A DNA stretch of 64,000 nucleotides from a virus. Its lineage: Duplodnaviria > Caudoviricetes. Positions 37,734-45,804 of this stretch are shown in pieces (position 1 is the stretch's first letter; each line of letters begins with the position of its first letter). Both the position numbers and the translations under genes were made by a program. The stretch lies in the IMG/VR virus record IMGVR_UViG_3300046656_000199, positions 4 to 64,003 of that record. One strand, written 5' to 3'. Under the pieces are notes generated by a model, which saw nothing but the letters and a program-made list of their open reading frames with translations, ran no database searches and had not been told where the DNA came from.

Positions 37734-37948
37734 GGCAGGTCGAGGAAGGGCCAGGAATGGCCAGGCTGGGAACGGCGAGTCCCGGCGCGGCCTGGACCGG
37801 CATGGCCAGGAACGGAGCGGCATGGCAAGGACTGGCATGGGGTGGCGAGGAGCGGCGGGGCCGGTCCGCGCGGGGCTCGGCACGGTGGGGCACGGCGAGG
37901 CACGTCCAGGCGTGGACTTGCTAGGCTCGGCCGGGAAAGGCAAGGCTA
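37734..37948 (+). repeat. 43-unit GGC-NN pentamer array (candidate non-coding RNA)
   Basis: Unbroken 5-nt register; every unit is within one mismatch of GGC; last two bases variable. Confidence 0.9.
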
Positions 37949-38126
37949 CCCGTTTTCCGTCCACGGCCACGCCATTGGCCGCTAACGGCACCCTACCAAT
38001 GTGCCGAGTGGTTGCCCTAGCCGTGGAGTGGGCACCCTGTCGTCTGGGACTAACCGCGGCCGTCTGAGTGAACCTCCATTACGCCTCCGCTCGGGACCGC
38101 CACCGAGCGGAGGAGGAGAACCCGAC

Positions 38127-38426
38127 ATGAAACCGCAAGATGCACACGATATCGCCGTGATAGCCCGCAACACTGACAAGGGATTAAACTCGTCGGCGTT
38201 GACGCTGCTCAATGCCATCTGGCACGGTCGCAATCAGGCCCATCCGCCAAGCGTTCGCGAACTGATGGACCTGACCGGAATCGACAGCACGAACGGCATT
38301 GCTTTCCATCTCAATCGCCTGCGCAAACTCGGCCTGATCGAGTGGGACGTGGCCAAGGGTCGCACGCTGTCGCCGCGCTGCCGGTTCATCCCGGCGGACG
38401 AACTGGCCGCGCTGCCGTTGTCCTGA
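38127..38426 (+). CDS. LexA-like winged-helix DNA-binding protein (no peptidase domain)
   Basis: PPSVRELM..TGIDSTNG...HLNRLRKLGLI...RTL; GGAGGAG RBS. Confidence 0.8.
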   Translation: MKPQDAHDIAVIARNTDKGLNSSALTLLNAIWHGRNQAHPPSVRELMDLTGIDSTNGIAFHLNRLRKLGLIEWDVAKGRTLSPRCRFIPADELAALPLS

Positions 38427-38634
38427 CCGTACACGGCGGACCGCGGCCCCGATCGACTCTCCATCCCGAGCGAGGAGTCCTGACGGCCTGTCGCGGTCGG
38501 CCACCTAGTTGCGAGGATGAACGATGCGCCGCTGTCACCGATTCGCCCTGTACCGCCGCGGTGTGCCCCGCACTATGCCGGCCTTCGCCCTGCGCGATCT
38601 GGGTATCGACCGACTCGGCCTCACAGGAGACATC

Positions 38635-38904
38635 ATGTTTGACGGGCTGGAACGCGGCATGATCATCGCCGTGGACACGATCAGCTTCCCCTTCGTGGGC
38701 GAGGTGGACGGCTTCGGCGAAACCTTCATCCGCCTGAAGAACGCCGTCAAGATCCTGTGGGACGGCAGGCATGGCGAGTACGCGGCGGGCAAACCTCCGA
38801 CCACAGCCGAGATCGAGAAAACCTACCCGCTGTACACGATCTCGGCCGACGCAATCATCGGCTGGGGTCGCTACCCCGGCGGGAAAATTCCGGAGCCTCG
38901 CTGA
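38635..38904 (+). CDS. Small beta-barrel (Sm-like) phage protein
   Basis: AGGAG RBS; IIAVDT..F.FVGEV......IRLKNA..I.W pattern. Confidence 0.65.
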   Translation: MFDGLERGMIIAVDTISFPFVGEVDGFGETFIRLKNAVKILWDGRHGEYAAGKPPTTAEIEKTYPLYTISADAIIGWGRYPGGKIPEPR

Positions 38905-39236
38905 TGCGAAAAACGACGTCGCAGAAATACGAGTCGAACTACTACGAGAGCGGCGGTCGGAGCGTCGGTCTGAGCGGCGGTCTGAACGGCGGTCGGAGCG
39001 GCGGTCGGAGCGTCGGTCGGAGCGGCGGTCTGAACGGCGGTCTGAGCGGCGGTCTGAGCGTCGGTCGGAGCGTCGGTCGGAGCGACGGTCGGATCGGCGG
39101 TCGGATCGGCGGTCGGAGCGGCGGTCGGAGCGGCGGTCTGAGCGTCGGTCGGAGCGGCGGTCTGAGCGACGGTCGGAGCGACGGTCGGATCGGCGGTCGG
39201 ATCGGCGGTCGGAGCGGCGGTCGGAGCGGCGGCTAA
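38904..39236 (+). CDS. Gly/Ser/Arg tetrapeptide-repeat protein (110 aa)
   Basis: TGATG coupling; 15-aa leader then ([SNI][GVD]G[RL]) x23. Confidence 0.55.
   Translation: MRKTTSQKYESNYYESGGRSVGLSGGLNGGRSGGRSVGRSGGLNGGLSGGLSVGRSVGRSDGRIGGRIGGRSGGRSGGLSVGRSGGLSDGRSDGRIGGRIGGRSGGRSGG
38949..39233 (+). repeat. About 24 tandem copies of a 12-bp unit AGCGGCGGTCGG
   Basis: Read directly; variation only at unit positions 2, 5 and 11. Confidence 0.95.
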
Positions 39237-39470
39237 TCGAACGGTGAGCCGCATCACCTGAATGCGGCTGGCGTGAGCAGGCACGGCGATGACGGTGCCT
39301 GCATCGCTCCCCGGATACAGGGGATAGCCACGCACGCGGCGAATTGGCGTGATACGGAGTCGGCGCGGAAGCCAGCCGACACGACGACGGTTCGGTCGAT
39401 CCCACGCGAGCGCTGCGAATCGGGGCGTTGCTGTCCCGAGTGGGACTGGAGTCACTTACACGAGGTAACG

Positions 39471-39833
39471 ATGGCACTAGATTGCGAAGTCATGATTGAG
39501 CAGGCCATCCGAGACGGTCTTCGTCAGGGCGTGGCCGAGAAACTGCGTTACTTCACGCAGTTCAACGAGTTGCTGGCTCAAGCCTTTGAGACGCAGAAGC
39601 CCAAACTTCGCCGCATCATCGACGAGGTTTTTAACTCCTGCCTCGACGACCCGCAGTTTCGCGCCGACCTTGCCGAAGAGCTGCGGCACAAACTGTCCAA
39701 GACACTTGTCCAGCGCTTCGGCGGCGAGATGGAGAAACAGGTCAACGTCCTGAAATCTGACCCTCTGACGCGAGCGCGAATCACACTGGCCATCGAGCAG
39801 ATTGTCAAGGAGCGGTCGGTAGCGACTGCTTAA
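39471..39833 (+). CDS. Helical hypothetical protein
   Basis: GAGGT RBS. Confidence 0.65.
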   Translation: MALDCEVMIEQAIRDGLRQGVAEKLRYFTQFNELLAQAFETQKPKLRRIIDEVFNSCLDDPQFRADLAEELRHKLSKTLVQRFGGEMEKQVNVLKSDPLTRARITLAIEQIVKERSVATA

Positions 39834-40002
39834 GCGTGCTCCCACCCCTCTTCGGTACGGCGAGACGGGGCCGCTGGCTACGGCCGGTGGAGTATGGGCG
39901 TTTGAGCGAAGTCGTACCAGGCCGAACGCGGGCGGGACAAGCCGATTGCAAGCGGCAGCGTGACAGCCGGGAGAGACCGGCAAATACATCCGAGGACGGA
40001 TT

Positions 40003-40284
40003 ATGCCGGAACCCACTGTCAACCCGCTCTACACCGACGAGACGCGCTGTCTGGTCCTGAGCGAGCGCGGCCTGACGATTCGCGCCCACATGGCGGCGAT
40101 GATGTTGGCGGGAATCGTGTCACGCCAGCAGAACGGTCCTGTGTACATGCCCGCTCTGGCCCGTATTGCCGTCGACTACGCCGACGCCCTGATCGCCGCC
40201 CTCAATCCGCCGCCTGCGCCGCCCACGCCGGTCGACGACGCAAGCGATTGGATGCCCGAGGACGTGCTGAGGAACGAAGGATGA
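40003..40284 (+). CDS. Conserved phage hypothetical protein
   Basis: GLTIR..MAA..LAG...A..AVDYADALIAAL motif widespread in phages. Confidence 0.7.
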   Translation: MPEPTVNPLYTDETRCLVLSERGLTIRAHMAAMMLAGIVSRQQNGPVYMPALARIAVDYADALIAALNPPPAPPTPVDDASDWMPEDVLRNEG

Positions 40285-40532
40285 AGACCAAGCCGACCAC
40301 GATCGCCGACGACTGGACGCGGTTCGCTGCGTCCGTGTTGCCGCCCAACGTCTCGGACATCCAGCGTTCAGAAATGCGTCGTGCCTTCTACGGGGGCGTG
40401 GCAGTCATGTTCGATCACGCCTATCGGCTTGGCGATCCCGACGGCAGCGAGGCCGATGCTGTTGCCATGCTGGAGCGGATTCGCGCCGAGATACAGTTGT
40501 TCTCTCGCCTCGTCGCGGAGGGCCGCGCATGA
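40281..40532 (+). CDS. Conserved phage hypothetical protein
   Basis: IQRSEMRRAFYGG motif; ATGA coupling. Confidence 0.65.
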   Translation: MKTKPTTIADDWTRFAASVLPPNVSDIQRSEMRRAFYGGVAVMFDHAYRLGDPDGSEADAVAMLERIRAEIQLFSRLVAEGRA

Positions 40533-40717
40533 ACACCTTCCCCCCGCAACCGTCCGTCCCCGAACGCATCGACAAGACCTGTTGCGTCTGTGGCGTGGCC
40601 TTCACCGCCGTCGGCTACCGCCATCGCCGACAGAAGACGTGCGGCCAGACGCAGTGCGTCAAGGCGGCCCGGTCGCGGGGCAACCTCGTTCCGCGTCCCC
40701 GGAGAGATCACGAGTGA
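40529..40717 (+). CDS. Small Cys-rich protein
   Basis: CCVCG..F...QKTC...C. Confidence 0.5.
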   Translation: MNTFPPQPSVPERIDKTCCVCGVAFTAVGYRHRRQKTCGQTQCVKAARSRGNLVPRPRRDHE

Positions 40718-40911
40718 ATATCAGCATGAATGATGTGGATGACCTGCGTCTGCAACTCGCACAGTGCGAGCAGGACGCCTCAGAGTTGTGCAAGGAAAAC
40801 GCCGCGCTTCGGGAAACCCTCGTCGCGGTCGAGGCATGGCTCGACCTGAACGGCCGCAAGGGTTCCGTCATTTACCCAAAAGTGCGCGAGGCACTGCAAA
40901 AGACCAAGTGA
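40714..40911 (+). CDS. Small coiled-coil protein
   Basis: GTGA coupling. Confidence 0.45.
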   Translation: MNISMNDVDDLRLQLAQCEQDASELCKENAALRETLVAVEAWLDLNGRKGSVIYPKVREALQKTK

Positions 40912-41041
40912 GTCCAGCGGCGCCGGGGCGAGGCTCGCTTGTGGCGAGTCGTCCTGATTGCGGAGCGGTGGGTTTCGATTACTGGCCTGCCGCCCGCATT
41001 AGTCCCGGCGCCGCCCAAACCAACGAACGCAGGGAGAGCGA

Positions 41042-41218
41042 ATGTTAATCCTGAACAGAAAGCGCGACGAAACCATCGTCATCGGCGACATCGTCATCCA
41101 CGTCATCGAGATCCAGCGCGGCCGGATCCGCCTCGGCATCCAGGCACCCGCCGACGTGCTGGTGCTGCGGGGCGAACTGCTGGAGCGGGTGCGGCCGGCA
41201 GAGGAAGAGCCGAAGTGA
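41042..41218 (+). CDS. csrA: Carbon storage regulator CsrA/RsmA (58 aa, not in ORF track)
   Basis: MLILNRKRDETIVIGDIVIHVIEIQRGRIRLGIQAPADVLVLRGEL; GGGAG RBS. Confidence 0.92.
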   Translation: MLILNRKRDETIVIGDIVIHVIEIQRGRIRLGIQAPADVLVLRGELLERVRPAEEEPK

Positions 41219-41222
41219 GGAT

Positions 41223-41448
41223 GCTTCCGGGGCGGGCACGGCGACCCGCGCTGACTGAGAGGAGCGGCGAGAACCAAGCTCTGGCGTCGGCTGGTAACAG
41301 TCGAGGATACCAGCCAGAGACGAGACTGCGAAGTCCCTGGGTCCGGGGGTAACAGTTCTCGGTCGTGAGGTTTCTCAGAAAGTCGGGGCGGGATGTGCGG
41401 CCCCGAGGATGTACCGCCGCAAGCCGGTTCGACTCCGGCCGGAAGCCA
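41223..41448 (+). ncRNA. tRNA-like RNA with a 126-nt structured insert replacing the anticodon loop
   Basis: Acceptor GCTTCCG/CGGAAGC; D arm GCGGG/CCCGC; anticodon stem CTGAC/GTCGG; long variable arm GGCGG/CCGCC; T arm GCCGG-TTCGACT-CCGGC. Confidence 0.65.
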
Positions 41449-41603
41449 TCATGAGAACCGCGTGGTTCGCGGGTAGCGGGTGGAGTCATCACCCGTTGCT
41501 CGCGGACTGCGTGTTATTCGGGCGATTCGTCTGACATGAGGCCACGAGCGATGAGCGCTTCTTCAACCAGAATGGCCAGCAACGTCACACAGAGGACGCA
41601 GCG

Positions 41604-41873
41604 ATGATTGAAGCCGAAGCCGACGCCCTGCTCGACCACTTCGACCGGCTCAGCCGTTCGGAGCGAAACCGAATGTTGATGGCGGCCGTGTTCCGCGAAC
41701 GTCGCGAACTGCTGGCCGCGTGCAAGAGATTGCTTCACGCCGCGGGCATCGGTTCCGGCGCGGCACAGGCGTTTGCGACCGGATCGGCTGGATTCATCGC
41801 CCACGCCGATCAGATCGTGGAAGCGTGGAAGGAAGTCAAGGCGGCTGTGGAGCACGCGGAGAAAGCGCCATGA
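41604..41873 (+). CDS. Hypothetical protein
   Basis: GAGGA RBS; ELLAACK motif. Confidence 0.55.
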   Translation: MIEAEADALLDHFDRLSRSERNRMLMAAVFRERRELLAACKRLLHAAGIGSGAAQAFATGSAGFIAHADQIVEAWKEVKAAVEHAEKAP

Positions 41874-42271
41874 GCCTGAACCTGTGCAGCACCGACGGCG
41901 AGATTAACCACACCATCGCCGAACCGCTCCGCTTCGCCGGCGCTCGTACCGGCTTCGTCGAGGTTGAGCCGGAACTGACGCCCGACGGCAACCTCGTCGT
42001 GGTGATCGTGTCGTTCGGCAAGGGCAAGCCCGTTCACAAGCGCTTCGCCGTGCGGGAGATACCGAGCGACTTCGGCCGCGCGTTCCGCATCGACAAGCAG
42101 GACGCGCTCAAGAAGAACGAGGAGCCGGGCTACGACGTGAATCTCGACGGGCAGACGTCGGCTTGTTCATGTTTCGATGCTGGACACGGTCAGTGCAAAC
42201 ACCAACTCGCCCTGCAAACGCTTCTCCACGCCGGGTACTTTCGCATCAAGGACGCATCGAAGATTGGATAG
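41870..42271 (+). CDS. SWIM zinc-finger protein, second paralog
   Basis: IPSDFGRAF...YDVNL...CSCFD...CKH. Confidence 0.75.
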   Translation: MSLNLCSTDGEINHTIAEPLRFAGARTGFVEVEPELTPDGNLVVVIVSFGKGKPVHKRFAVREIPSDFGRAFRIDKQDALKKNEEPGYDVNLDGQTSACSCFDAGHGQCKHQLALQTLLHAGYFRIKDASKIG

Positions 42272-42275
42272 CGAC

Positions 42276-44357
42276 ATGGTTGTTGACTCCGTGGCCGCAA
42301 CTGCGGCTGAGACTCTCGTTGATTATCACCACACCGCCAGCGCTGCCGGGGCCGAGTGCCTGACGGCGGCCCTGGATTATCTGGCCCTCGGCTGGTCCGT
42401 GCTGTGCCTGTGCCCACCCGATCACGTCGGCGTCGGCAAGTCGCACCGCGGCTGCGGCAGTCCGGGCAAACGCCCCCTGGCCGATGACGGCAGGTGGAAG
42501 GACTGGCAGAGCGAACGGGCAAGCCCGGAGCGTGTGCGTCAGTGGTGGGACCACCACCCCAACGCCAACGTGGGGATAGCCCTCGGTCCGGTGTCAGGAC
42601 TCGTGCGTCTCGACACCGAAGGCGAGGCCGGCGAGGCGCGATTGCTGGAAGTGTCGGGCGGGGATCTTCCCCCTACGCTGGAGTTCGCCAGCGGCGGTGG
42701 CGGCCGGGGCAGGTTGTACGCGCTTCCGCCCGGCGTGGAGGCTCAGACCTCGGTCGACGGGCTGCGCGACGACGAGATGCGGATTCAGGGACTCGGGGCA
42801 CAGACCGTGTTGCCGCCGTCCCGCCACGCCTCGGGCGGACGGTACGAGTGGTTGGAGGGACGCGGGCCGACCGATCTGCCGGCGACCATGGCGCCGGCAT
42901 GGCTGCTGGCCCGGCTGAGCGCGGGCCGGTCGGCATCGACACCGATCGACCCCCTGTCCGACGGGGAGGTGATCGCGGCCGGAAACATTGACAGGATTCT
43001 TGCGTCAATGGCCGGTTCCATGCGGCGCCGGGGCTTCTCCGAAGAGGCCATGCGCGCCGCCCTCGAAATAGAGATCGCGAGCGGCAGATGCGAAAAGGAA
43101 GAAGGCAAACGGGCATACGACGCTACTGATGCGGAACGAATCGCACGGAGCATCGCCAGGTATGAGCCGGACGCTTACGCCAACGTCACGATAAAGCTAA
43201 ACGGTCAGGCTCAGGCCGCCAACGGCGAGAAGCTCGACTACATGGGCCTGAAGTTGACCGTAATGTCCGACCTCTACCCGCAGCCGTTACGCTGGCTGGT
43301 GCCCGGCTACCTGCCTCTGGGCAAGTTGGTCCTGCTGGCCGGCGACGGAGGGCACGGCAAGTCAGCCGTCACGCTCGACGTCGCGGCCAAGCTGTCGCGC
43401 GGTCGTATACCGTTCGGTCTTCCTGGCCTCGTCGACCAGTCGTCCGCCCTGCTGGTGTCCTGCGAGGACGATTGGGAGGACACGATCCTTCCACGCCTCA
43501 TGTCGGCAGACGCAGATCTGACCAGAGTCTACCGAGTTGATGGCGTCGAACTGGCGGACGGAAAGAAGGCGCAATTCAGCCTCATCCATTACGAAGCGAT
43601 CGAGGCTGAACTCGAGCGCCGTCCCGAAGTCAAGTTGGTCGTGATCGACCCGGCCGGAGCGTTCATCGGCCGATCGGGAATCGACGACCACAAGGATAGC
43701 GAGCTGCGGGCATTGCTCGGGCCGCTGACGGAACTGGCCGCACGTCGCGCCGTGACCATGATCCTTGTCAAGCATCTGAACAAGGGCGCGTCAGCGAAGG
43801 CGATTCACAAGGTAGGCGGATCGACTGGCTACGTCAACGCGGTGCGCGCCGCCATGCTGATTGCTCCGACCCCGGACGACGACAAGCAAAAACTGTTCAT
43901 GCCGCTCAAATTCAATCTGGGTCCGAAGCCGTCCGCGCTGGCCTACCGATTGTCAGCCCTGAGTCCGACCGAGCAGGCGGCCATTATCAACGACCCGCGT
44001 TGCTCGAAACTGAACGTCAGCGACAAGAAATCTCTCGCCCTGCAACTGTTCCGCGTCGAGTGGCTCGGAGACGCAGACGTGGACGTGGACGAGGTAATGG
44101 CCGCTCGAAAAGACGGCGGCGAGAAGTGTCAGGATGCGTCTGAATGGCTTCTCGGCTATCTGTCCGGCGGCCCGGTTCCGTCCAAGCAACTTATCGCAGA
44201 AGGATGCAAGGCAGGGCACGCGGAGCGGACCATCTGGCGCGCGAAAAAGGATCTGGGGAAGCGTGTCACCGCCAGCAAAACAACCGAGGACGGCGTCGAC
44301 CGATGGGTATGGAAGCTGTGTGTCGATGAGGAAAAAACGCCCGAGTTGCAGAGTTGA
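42276..44357 (+). CDS. Bifunctional DNA primase/polymerase fused to RecA-like AAA helicase
   Basis: PGKRP, WW...PNANVGI, LDTE, PPSRHASG..YEW; Walker A GDGGHGKS; Walker B LVVIDP; HLNK. Confidence 0.9.
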   Translation: MVVDSVAATAAETLVDYHHTASAAGAECLTAALDYLALGWSVLCLCPPDHVGVGKSHRGCGSPGKRPLADDGRWKDWQSERASPERVRQWWDHHPNANVGIALGPVSGLVRLDTEGEAGEARLLEVSGGDLPPTLEFASGGGGRGRLYALPPGVEAQTSVDGLRDDEMRIQGLGAQTVLPPSRHASGGRYEWLEGRGPTDLPATMAPAWLLARLSAGRSASTPIDPLSDGEVIAAGNIDRILASMAGSMRRRGFSEEAMRAALEIEIASGRCEKEEGKRAYDATDAERIARSIARYEPDAYANVTIKLNGQAQAANGEKLDYMGLKLTVMSDLYPQPLRWLVPGYLPLGKLVLLAGDGGHGKSAVTLDVAAKLSRGRIPFGLPGLVDQSSALLVSCEDDWEDTILPRLMSADADLTRVYRVDGVELADGKKAQFSLIHYEAIEAELERRPEVKLVVIDPAGAFIGRSGIDDHKDSELRALLGPLTELAARRAVTMILVKHLNKGASAKAIHKVGGSTGYVNAVRAAMLIAPTPDDDKQKLFMPLKFNLGPKPSALAYRLSALSPTEQAAIINDPRCSKLNVSDKKSLALQLFRVEWLGDADVDVDEVMAARKDGGEKCQDASEWLLGYLSGGPVPSKQLIAEGCKAGHAERTIWRAKKDLGKRVTASKTTEDGVDRWVWKLCVDEEKTPELQS

Positions 44358-44362
44358 AACAG

Positions 44363-44434
44363 TTGGCAGAGTGGCAGACTTGGCAGAGTTGACTGTCAAC
44401 TAACGCAAGGCTGCCAAGATTGCCACACTGCCAA
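44363..44434. other. Putative replication origin: inverted arrays of TGGCA(G) repeats
   Basis: 24-bp arms (21/24 complementary), each with three repeats, around the palindrome AGTTGAC-T-GTCAACT, directly after the primase-helicase gene. Confidence 0.7.
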
Positions 44435-44463
44435 GTGTGTTGAGTTCCGAACATTAGGCAGAC

Positions 44464-44859
44464 ATGACCATGAATCGGCGTCTAAGCGTGTACAACCGTT
44501 ACGAAGGCGAGACGTTCCGAAGCCTGCTGGAGTCCAGTTGGGCGAAGGCGTTCGACGCGGCTGGGATTGCCTGGTCCTACGAACCGACCCGTCTCGTGGT
44601 CGGCAATCGGACCTATCTGCCAGACTTCTATCTCGACGGCATCGGCTACCTCGAAATGAAACCGGTGGTACCGACTCTGCCGCAGTTCTTCCTTGCCGCT
44701 CGCTTCGCCGAGTTCGACGGCGGCCCGTTCTATTTCTTCGTCGGCTACCCGGACTGTCGAAACGGCGAGCCAACGTTCTTCACCGCGAAGCGCATCCTGG
44801 CCGCGCGCGGCGTTCGCGTTGCCTTTGTGTCATGCTCCTCGCCGGTGAGGTGGCAATGA
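44464..44859 (+). CDS. PD-(D/E)xK nuclease
   Basis: FRSLLE..WA..FD...WSYEP...YLPDF...YLEMK. Confidence 0.8.
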   Translation: MTMNRRLSVYNRYEGETFRSLLESSWAKAFDAAGIAWSYEPTRLVVGNRTYLPDFYLDGIGYLEMKPVVPTLPQFFLAARFAEFDGGPFYFFVGYPDCRNGEPTFFTAKRILAARGVRVAFVSCSSPVRWQ

Positions 44860-45038
44860 TCCCGCCGCCCCCACCCCGTCCCCGCTTCGTCGCCTGGCGA
44901 CGCTACAAGGGCGGACGCTGGCAGCCGATCGGGGCCGCAGTCACGCGGAAGGCGGCGTGGAAGCTGGTGTACGAACTGATCCGGACGGATCACCGCAGCG
45001 GCGAGTCGCTGGTGCTGCCGTCCGGCAAGAAGCCCTGA
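44856..45038 (+). CDS. Small basic protein
   Basis: ATGA coupling. Confidence 0.5.
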   Translation: MIPPPPPRPRFVAWRRYKGGRWQPIGAAVTRKAAWKLVYELIRTDHRSGESLVLPSGKKP

Positions 45039-45106
45039 CCACGTCGGATGTTCCGACAGGTCATCTCTGTCCGGCCCCATCGGGGCCATCCCGTAGGAGT
45101 CTGTTC

Positions 45107-45751
45107 ATGTTGCTCCGCAAGACTGAATCGAAGTTCGGTGCCCCCGCCGATGTGTACGTCGGCAAGTTCAAAGGCGTCAGCCAGATGAAGGACGAAGGCA
45201 AGCCGCGTCTCGGCAAGGACGGCAACCCGATGGAGCCGGGGATCGAGTGGCAGTGGGAGATTACCGAAGGGGAGTTCCGCGGCCAGCTCGTCGGTCGCAT
45301 CACAGGATCCACGCCCACCACCAAGAACGCCTGCGGGACGCTGCTGGACGGCGTGCTCGACCGCAAGGCCAACATCGGCGAGGACACCGACCCGAACAGC
45401 ATGATCGGCAAGCTGTATCGCGTCGTCGTCAGTCCGTCCAAGGATAACCCAGAGCGGACCAACGTCACGCAGGTCAAGCTAATGTCCGCCGGCACGGCGC
45501 CGGCCCCCGCATCCCGTCCCGCACGCCCCACACCTGCCCCCAAGCCCTCCGCGGCCAACGGCTACGCGGCCTCGACGTTCTACGTCGCTCATGAGGCCGT
45601 TGCTGAGGACGCCGTACTCGACCGCCAGGGCGTGCAGGCGGCCATCAACCAGCACAACATTAGCGCCGACGAACTGCAGCTCTGCCCCTTCGGGGAGCAG
45701 ACGTGGCGGTCGGCGAAGTCGTTCGGCTTCGAGGATGGTATCCCGATCTGA
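45107..45751 (+). CDS. Putative ssDNA-binding (OB-fold) protein with C-terminal GYF_2-like domain
   Basis: AGGAG RBS; beta-rich N-domain, Pro/Ala linker, acidic-hydrophobic tail EDGIPI. Confidence 0.55.
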   Translation: MLLRKTESKFGAPADVYVGKFKGVSQMKDEGKPRLGKDGNPMEPGIEWQWEITEGEFRGQLVGRITGSTPTTKNACGTLLDGVLDRKANIGEDTDPNSMIGKLYRVVVSPSKDNPERTNVTQVKLMSAGTAPAPASRPARPTPAPKPSAANGYAASTFYVAHEAVAEDAVLDRQGVQAAINQHNISADELQLCPFGEQTWRSAKSFGFEDGIPI

Positions 45752-45804
45752 CCATCGACTCTACGGGGCCACGGACGGCCCCGCATTCCGTCAGGAGTAT
45801 CCCC

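Noticed and set aside
37734-37948. Concatenated NN bases read AGGAAGCAATC-ATG-ACG-ACC-GCC-TCC-ATC-AAC-GCA-TAA, like an RBS plus mini-ORF; partial likeness of the NNx decoding to the 3317 protein
   Set aside because: No in-register match found by eye in this genome; compatible with chance until searched computationally
37669-38067. ORFs spanning the pentamer array
   Set aside because: Period-5 structure gives low-complexity G/A/R products in all frames; lack of stops follows from composition
38949-39233. 12-bp repeat as a CRISPR array or DGR variable region
   Set aside because: No spacers and no cas genes; variation is at G rather than A, with no reverse transcriptase or template repeat
41223-41448. 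Canonical tRNA or tmRNA
   Set aside because: No 7-nt anticodon loop, no clear encoded CCA after a standard discriminator, no G3-U70 pair or tag reading frame
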